A stretch of 64,000 nt of DNA from a virus: positions 1 through 64,000 of the IMG/VR virus record IMGVR_UViG_3300027851_001140. One strand, written 5' to 3'. The stretch's first letter is position 1, and the number at the start of each line of letters is the position of its first letter. The notes beneath the pieces were generated by a model that worked only from the letters and a program-made list of their open reading frames with translations, made no database searches and was not told the origin of the DNA. This document shows positions 58,477 to 64,000 of the stretch, in pieces. The position numbers were made by a program, and so were the translations under genes.

Positions 58477-58851
58477 TCACTTAGCAGCCCAACCAGTGGC
58501 TACGTTGTTTCCCACTTCCTTGACATACAGAGTGGTAAGTGCGCCACCGTCCTTACGGACAAAGAGATCGCCCACGCTTCCCACTACCACTCCCTCTGGA
58601 TCTCCGGTTCCTGCAAGGACCTTGGCTCCTCCCATGACAGGCTCAGCTTGATTATCCGCATCCTGACTTGTTGGGTTGACAGAAAACTGTATGTATCCGC
58701 CTTCTGCAAGATTTACTAGTGTGTTCTTGGAAAGCTCAAGCTCCTGGGCTGTCAGGTCCAGCTGTCTCACTTCGTTGGGCTCCAAAATGCCAACGAACTG
58801 ACCTACTGGTAGACGACTGTTTGTTCTATTTGTTACTGAAAGAGTTGCCAT
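58477..58851 (-). CDS. Small virion decoration-like protein
   Basis: GGAG RBS; GTGDPEGVVVGSVGDLFVRKDGG..LYVKE..GW motif. Confidence 0.6.
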   Translation of the reverse strand: MATLSVTNRTNSRLPVGQFVGILEPNEVRQLDLTAQELELSKNTLVNLAEGGYIQFSVNPTSQDADNQAEPVMGGAKVLAGTGDPEGVVVGSVGDLFVRKDGGALTTLYVKEVGNNVATGWAAK

Positions 58852-58960
58852 TGTGTATCTCCAAAGTCCTAGAGGACCGATGATGATTCATATAACCAAA
58901 AAAGTTAGAACAATGAATTATAGTCTAAATGACTGAGGTATTTTGAACGATCTGACTAGA

Positions 58961-61900
58961 TCAACGCCACACAGGGGGAACCTCAGTATCCGTGAGTGTG
59001 CCCGTTACAGAGAATGTGGCAGCCCCTCCATTTAGTGAGGGCCAACCAGGTGCCAATGCACCACCATTTAGTTCATCCCAGCTAATACCGCCATCGACCC
59101 AGGCCCTAGCATCCGCCACTGCTGCCCAATGGTCAATGACCTGGTCATCTGTCAGTACACCAGCAAGGTAAGCAACACCCAGAATTTCAAAATCCGCTGC
59201 TTCGGCGATACCAAAAGGGCCTAGGCCAATCACGGGTGCGATGCCAGTAGCAGTAAAGGAGCTTGCAGCACCTCCCGCTGCCCTGGATCCATTCACAGCA
59301 CCATAAATGTTAGTACCATCAAAGATACAATGAAGCAGGCATAGCTTTCCTGCATTCGCAAACAATGACCCCGCTGGACCGAGTATGAACTGCGGTGCGC
59401 TGACGCCGTCACCAGATGAGAAATAAAACCCTTGTGTAACCTGCCATCCGACTAAATATCCTGTATGGTTGATGAATGTGTTTGCCGTGTGTAGGAGCAC
59501 GGAGTCAACAGGATCACGACGTCGAGGACGTGCAAGCACTGCTAGTGAGTACCCAGTAGGGTCCCCTTGGTAGTCTGAGGTTGTTGCTGTCATGTAGTCA
59601 GAGCCGCTAAATCCGCGAACTGCATCAAAGTTCACAGCACCACCACTAGGGTTACCTCCAACCAGCGTGCTGCCTACACGTCGTGCATATTCACCGTCAG
59701 CAATAGCACCAAGGGTAAGCAGTGTTGGTCCGCTTGTCTCCCTAATGCCTCGAACATCCGGACTTGCAGCAGTACCCCCCAATTGTCCCCCGATAAGAAC
59801 AGGGTCCCCACCAACAGCAGTAGCACCTGACCTTCTAAAGAATTGGCCGTCTGCAATGGCCCCAAAAGTGAGCAGCGTGGGACCGCTGGTCTCTCGAACA
59901 CCACGTACGTCCGGAACAGTAGTCGAACCACCAATTTGACCACCGATCTTTACTGACGTAGAAGCGGGGTCTCCAACAAGGGCGAGACCAGAGAATTTAT
60001 CATCGACAACACTTAGGGAACCTACCAGTGCCAGGTCGTTACTGCCAATGGCATCAGTAACAGTAGCGGGAACAGAACCAACTGGAAGTGAAGCGAAACT
60101 CCATCTTGACGTGAAGACTCCGTTAGGAAGATCTCCCGTAGCTAAGAATATTCTCAAGGCTTCTTCATGTTGAGCATCTGTCAGTACACCATCTGTCTTA
60201 GCGGCAAGAGCAAAGAGCGTAGCATTCTCCAATGCACCTGATGTTGCTGAACCGCCGGGACGTCCAACTCGAAATGGGTTCACGCTTGGAGTATACCCAG
60301 TCATTGCTGCAGAGAATATTGTCTGTCCTGCAATTTTCAAGAATCGCGTGGTTCCATTGAAGCCCATAGAAAGGGGAACTAACGGCTTCCTAAATGTTGT
60401 ACCTAAAAGCCACTCTTGTAGGAAATTACTGAGCAAGGTACTACTACCATCAGTAATAGAGTGCCTTGGACGGTCCCCCTGCAGCCATAAGTGATATCCA
60501 GGACCCACGAACTCGCTCGCAGTGGACGCGATGTAGTTGTTTACGATTAGAGACCCCCGTAATAGCCCATCAACATTGAGGAGACCATAGATCTCAAATC
60601 CAGGGGAAGCATTGCCCGCAAGGTCTGCGGGAGTTGCTGCTTCTAAATAGTTCGCAAGCGTGAACCCTCGAATACCTCTGAAGGTGCTACTTCCACCACC
60701 AGGTATTCCACCGATTACTGATGTTCCGGAGCGTCGGAAGTACTCGCCGTCTGCAACAGCACCCATTGTGAGGAGCGTAGGTCCACTGGTCTCACGTACG
60801 CCACGAACATCGGGGCTCGCTGCTGTTCCTCCGAGTTGACCCGCGAGATCTACTTTTGATCCGAGTTTTGTATCAGTATCATTACGTACTTCTACAATTG
60901 CTGCCTGTACATCAGTTGCTGCAATGTCCCCATTAGGTGTGAAGTCCACCTCCGAACCCTGATAATCTAGAATGGTCTTTACAGACGCTGCAGAAAGAGC
61001 AGCAATAGGAGACCCCCCATCTGAGGCTCGACCAAGTATTGTGTTGTTTCCTACAGAAAGAGGACTTGGAGAACCCGTACCTGACTGTTGGACTAACAAC
61101 GAGTGTGCAGGGGTATAATCACTCTCCATGACCGCACCGGCGGCAGCGACGTTTGCGGCATCGGTGACATCAGCATTTGTCTCTATGGTATCCAGCTTTG
61201 TTCCATCCGCAGAGACGTCACGACCATCTACTGTCCCCACATTTGAGACGTCCTGTCCTCCCATGTCGAGGTCTCCAGTCATGGCGCGCACGCCATTGAC
61301 CAGGAGATATTGGGTATGATCGTCGTCGGCAAGCCCAGTCAATGCGCCGTGGTCTGTTACTCCACCGCCCGCTCCAATCTGTCTCCAAACAGCGGCACCT
61401 ACAGAAGCATCGGCACAAAAATATATTTGTCTAGCTACTACGTCTACCCAAAGAGACCCAACGGAATACCCTAAAGAAGAATCGCTAGAGGACGTGGGCC
61501 CCACTACCGCAAGAAGATTATCCTGCAAAACTGAGTAAGACCCTGCTCCAACACGACGAAGAAATCCTACGTTAGAACCAGCAAAGTCACTACCCATGAC
61601 TGCGCCAGCAGCCGCAACGTTGGCCGCATCTGTCACGTCAGCATTTGTTTCTATAGTATCAAGTTTGGCACCATCAACAGAAACATCTCTGCCATCTACG
61701 GTCCCAGGAGTGGATATGTTTCCGCCATCAGAGACAGTAACAACACTGTCCTTTAGACTAGTTCCATCCACTCCATCAAATCTAGGGACAGCATTATTTG
61801 TGGAAGAAATAGGCCCAGTTACGAATCCACCAGGACCAGACCCATCCACGTAAGCAATCGTAGCTCCTTCTGCGCCATCGTCGGAAGAGTCTGGGTTCTT

Positions 61901-62080
61901 ACCAGTAGCCCAAGAAATAGCACCAGTTGAAGCCAGTCTGACTAACGTAGGACGTATTGCTTCCAACTGCGCTATAGTGACTGGTATAGTCACAGTTCTT
62001 CTCGGAGGAACAGTGCCTAACTCAGAGTTCAGAACCACGCTAGTTAGTTGGTTATTTTGTATTACCAGTATCATGATCAA
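58961..62080 (-). CDS. Modular fibre protein with internal repeats and two LamG-like domains
   Basis: 2x VDGRDVS..AAAGAVM, 3x GQxGG..RETSGPTLLT, DHGALTGLADDDHTQY. Confidence 0.7.
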   Translation of the reverse strand: MIMILVIQNNQLTSVVLNSELGTVPPRRTVTIPVTIAQLEAIRPTLVRLASTGAISWATGKNPDSSDDGAEGATIAYVDGSGPGGFVTGPISSTNNAVPRFDGVDGTSLKDSVVTVSDGGNISTPGTVDGRDVSVDGAKLDTIETNADVTDAANVAAAGAVMGSDFAGSNVGFLRRVGAGSYSVLQDNLLAVVGPTSSSDSSLGYSVGSLWVDVVARQIYFCADASVGAAVWRQIGAGGGVTDHGALTGLADDDHTQYLLVNGVRAMTGDLDMGGQDVSNVGTVDGRDVSADGTKLDTIETNADVTDAANVAAAGAVMESDYTPAHSLLVQQSGTGSPSPLSVGNNTILGRASDGGSPIAALSAASVKTILDYQGSEVDFTPNGDIAATDVQAAIVEVRNDTDTKLGSKVDLAGQLGGTAASPDVRGVRETSGPTLLTMGAVADGEYFRRSGTSVIGGIPGGGSSTFRGIRGFTLANYLEAATPADLAGNASPGFEIYGLLNVDGLLRGSLIVNNYIASTASEFVGPGYHLWLQGDRPRHSITDGSSTLLSNFLQEWLLGTTFRKPLVPLSMGFNGTTRFLKIAGQTIFSAAMTGYTPSVNPFRVGRPGGSATSGALENATLFALAAKTDGVLTDAQHEEALRIFLATGDLPNGVFTSRWSFASLPVGSVPATVTDAIGSNDLALVGSLSVVDDKFSGLALVGDPASTSVKIGGQIGGSTTVPDVRGVRETSGPTLLTFGAIADGQFFRRSGATAVGGDPVLIGGQLGGTAASPDVRGIRETSGPTLLTLGAIADGEYARRVGSTLVGGNPSGGAVNFDAVRGFSGSDYMTATTSDYQGDPTGYSLAVLARPRRRDPVDSVLLHTANTFINHTGYLVGWQVTQGFYFSSGDGVSAPQFILGPAGSLFANAGKLCLLHCIFDGTNIYGAVNGSRAAGGAASSFTATGIAPVIGLGPFGIAEAADFEILGVAYLAGVLTDDQVIDHWAAVADARAWVDGGISWDELNGGALAPGWPSLNGGAATFSVTGTLTDTEVPPVWR

Positions 62081-63213
62081 AGAAGTCCAAGTCGGCTAAA
62101 CAATGGAAGAACCTGATTCTGTCCTCCGTTTACTGTCTGAACCCTGGTTACGAGGCTCTGCAAACCAAAGTCGTAAGGACGAGTGGCAATAGCGCCAACA
62201 CTAACCCTTCTAAGCATGTTTCTCTTAGTCTGCTGAAGCTGGCTATCGAGGTATTCTTTAAGCCTGCTCATGGCATCTGCGTAAACAGAAGTGCGATCGA
62301 CGTCCAAAGTAACAGTTTGACCGCTGAAATTGAACTTAAGCTCTCCTTCGCTAAGGTACTGAGCATTAAGACCCCACCAGGCAGCAGCCATGAGAAGAAA
62401 ATTAGTCATACCAAAAGAGGTGGGCCAATTTACCAAAGTCCACCCAGAGATAGGATTGACGGCGTTAACAAAGTCTGCACCTCTCAAAAGGTATTCATAT
62501 AGGTCAGAGTCGGAGTAAGATTGTACGTGACCTATTTTCTTTTGGACTTTATCAATTAGCATTCTAAGGCTCGGCTGAATCCACCAATACATCATTTCAG
62601 GAACTCTTATCTGCTGAACCATGGTAGTTGCAGGAGAGATAGGAGTCTGTCGAGTGGTCCAAACGACAAGATAACAGCCAGATGTAGTGAGAACGGGGGT
62701 GTCTACATAGTAGGAGTACAATCCATCTGACTGTATCACCTGAACAGCAGGAGAAAGATTCAGTTCGGATCCTCCCTGACACACCAAAACAACCTGAACC
62801 TGGTCTTGAGGGTGCTTGAACTTTATAATGGCACGTTCTGAATTGTTCAGATAGGTAAGATTTGTGTATGCCCTTTCATCTGGAGAAGCCTCTATGTTGT
62901 CTATGACAACAAAATTTGACTGCCTCTCTATCTGCCTTCCTCCAGGAGTAACCATCATCCAGTCGATGCGCCATGGATTGTCCAACCCAGACAGTTCTAG
63001 GTCTGCAGGAACAAACCAAGTAAATCTCCATCGTCCTTCTCCTGCTGAGAGTCCTACACCAGATTGGATTACCTCCTCTGTAGGAGAGACGATGGAAATA
63101 GAAGGATAGGCAACGGGGTCTAACGGAACAAGAGGAGTGCCGTCTTCTTCGAGAAAAAGCTGCTCAAAAACTACAGGTGTTCCTCTTACAACCTTTTGTG
63201 GGGAAATAGCCAT
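62077..63213 (-). CDS. Neck/head-tail adaptor-like protein
   Basis: Ig-like N-terminal half; C-terminal YSDSDLYEYL..FNFSGQTVTLDVDR. Confidence 0.5.
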   Translation of the reverse strand: MAISPQKVVRGTPVVFEQLFLEEDGTPLVPLDPVAYPSISIVSPTEEVIQSGVGLSAGEGRWRFTWFVPADLELSGLDNPWRIDWMMVTPGGRQIERQSNFVVIDNIEASPDERAYTNLTYLNNSERAIIKFKHPQDQVQVVLVCQGGSELNLSPAVQVIQSDGLYSYYVDTPVLTTSGCYLVVWTTRQTPISPATTMVQQIRVPEMMYWWIQPSLRMLIDKVQKKIGHVQSYSDSDLYEYLLRGADFVNAVNPISGWTLVNWPTSFGMTNFLLMAAAWWGLNAQYLSEGELKFNFSGQTVTLDVDRTSVYADAMSRLKEYLDSQLQQTKRNMLRRVSVGAIATRPYDFGLQSLVTRVQTVNGGQNQVLPLFSRLGLL

Positions 63214-63302
63214 AGTCTAGAAGCTCTCAGTCATTATTTGAAATGTGCTGCTATTCCAAATAACTAGCAAAGAAAATAGACCTATCTCCAACGAGGAAAT
63301 TG

Positions 63303-64000
63303 GTGAGCGCAAGAGGCTACAGACCTAAGGATGACGATAGGGTAACGGCAGACACCGATATCCTTGGAGACCTTCCACAGCGACATGCTAGGGAAGATTT
63401 GATACCCATTATAGCTAGAAAGAGTCAAAATGCATCTAATGTGGACCCAGTTTATTTTGAATACTTCCAAAAGGTAAAAACAGGAAGAAGATGTTCCTGC
63501 TTTGAGATAGAAAGCGAGCCAGCAGGAATATGTCCGGTATGTTATGGGACTGGAATTGTAGGAGGATTCAATAAGAGGGGAACAAAAACAGAAGTTTTCG
63601 ACGTGACGTATCCAAACGTGTCATGCGCAAACACCTCTCCAGACTACACCAATCCTACAAGACCTATATTCTGGTCGCTCATAAAATCCGCAGTGTATGG
63701 GACCATAGACTTCGATTTGTGGGTAAAGAGTAACACAGGAATACTAGACCTTATGGAAGTGAAAGACTTCCAACCGGAAGGGACTTCTATAAATTACTAC
63801 ATAAAATCTCCTTCAGAATCAGATTTTGTGAGTCTTACGGAGGATAATCTTAGAGTACGTCTTGGCCAACAGAAGATAATGTTTAGAGTGGTGATGAAGA
63901 GAGTGTCTCCTGTTGCACCACTTCCTAAACTTATATCCATCAGAATAGCCTACAGACTGATATGCAACACGGAAGTAAGAGTCAATATACCTAGAGTCGA
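63303..64000 (+). CDS. Head-closure/neck-like protein with CxC..CxxC finger (3' truncated; absent from ORF track)
   Basis: GAGG then GTG at 63303; hand translation is open to the end: MSARGYRP...GRRCSC..CPVCYGTGIVGGF. Confidence 0.65.
   Translation, partial: MSARGYRPKDDDRVTADTDILGDLPQRHAREDLIPIIARKSQNASNVDPVYFEYFQKVKTGRRCSCFEIESEPAGICPVCYGTGIVGGFNKRGTKTEVFDVTYPNVSCANTSPDYTNPTRPIFWSLIKSAVYGTIDFDLWVKSNTGILDLMEVKDFQPEGTSINYYIKSPSESDFVSLTEDNLRVRLGQQKIMFRVVMKRVSPVAPLPKLISIRIAYRLICNTEVRVNIPRV

Noticed and set aside
58961-62080. Diversity-generating retroelement or invertase shufflon acting on fibres
   Set aside because: No reverse transcriptase or recombinase gene; the repeats are in-frame direct repeats that do not differ only at adenines.
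581-63109. Numerous plus-strand and nested short ORFs in the track
   Set aside because: They are antisense or out-of-frame shadows of long, tightly coupled minus-strand genes and carry no recognisable motifs.
1-64000. Stop-codon reassignment as in some jumbo phages
   Set aside because: Coding is dense under the standard code, and TAA, TGA and TAG (e.g. 15216, 44435, 52608) all end genes cleanly.
1-64000. tRNA or rRNA genes
   Set aside because: Intergenic gaps are short and no cloverleaf was recognised by eye; tRNAscan-SE would settle it.

Overview
A 64-kb fragment of a large, probably jumbo, myovirus-like dsDNA bacteriophage. It is densely coding in the standard bacterial code, and nearly every gene is on the minus strand with TGATG/ATGA/TAATG stop-start overlaps. 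In transcription order (right to left): (i) 63.2-55.1 kb: neck/adaptor, decoration/fibre, lysozyme-like and tail-tube-initiator-like genes; (ii) 55.1-39.0 kb: a replication, recombination and transcription block (DnaG primase, Cas4-like nuclease, intein-containing B12-dependent ribonucleotide reductase, SWIM-finger protein, sigma70-family factor, gp32-like SSB, thioredoxin-fold protein, type IA topoisomerase-like protein, RecA, SbcD/Mre11, UvsY-like, NDT-like); (iii) 39.0-0 kb: a contractile-tail module (M23-peptidase hub, spike, gp25-like, baseplate J, several fibre/LamG proteins) with holin-like and Dps-like genes. One divergent plus-strand gene starts at 63303. Most notable: (1) the phage sigma factor has a collapsed -35-reading HTH, and a TTAYBT hexamer recurs at a consistent position upstream of mostly virion genes, alongside apparently leaderless promoters; (2) adjacent Topo IA and thioredoxin homologues with degraded active sites sit between SSB and RecA; (3) the RNR carries a Pro1/WCT class 3 intein with a LAGLIDADG domain, inserted just before a redox cysteine. 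All calls come from motif recognition by eye. No database searches were run.
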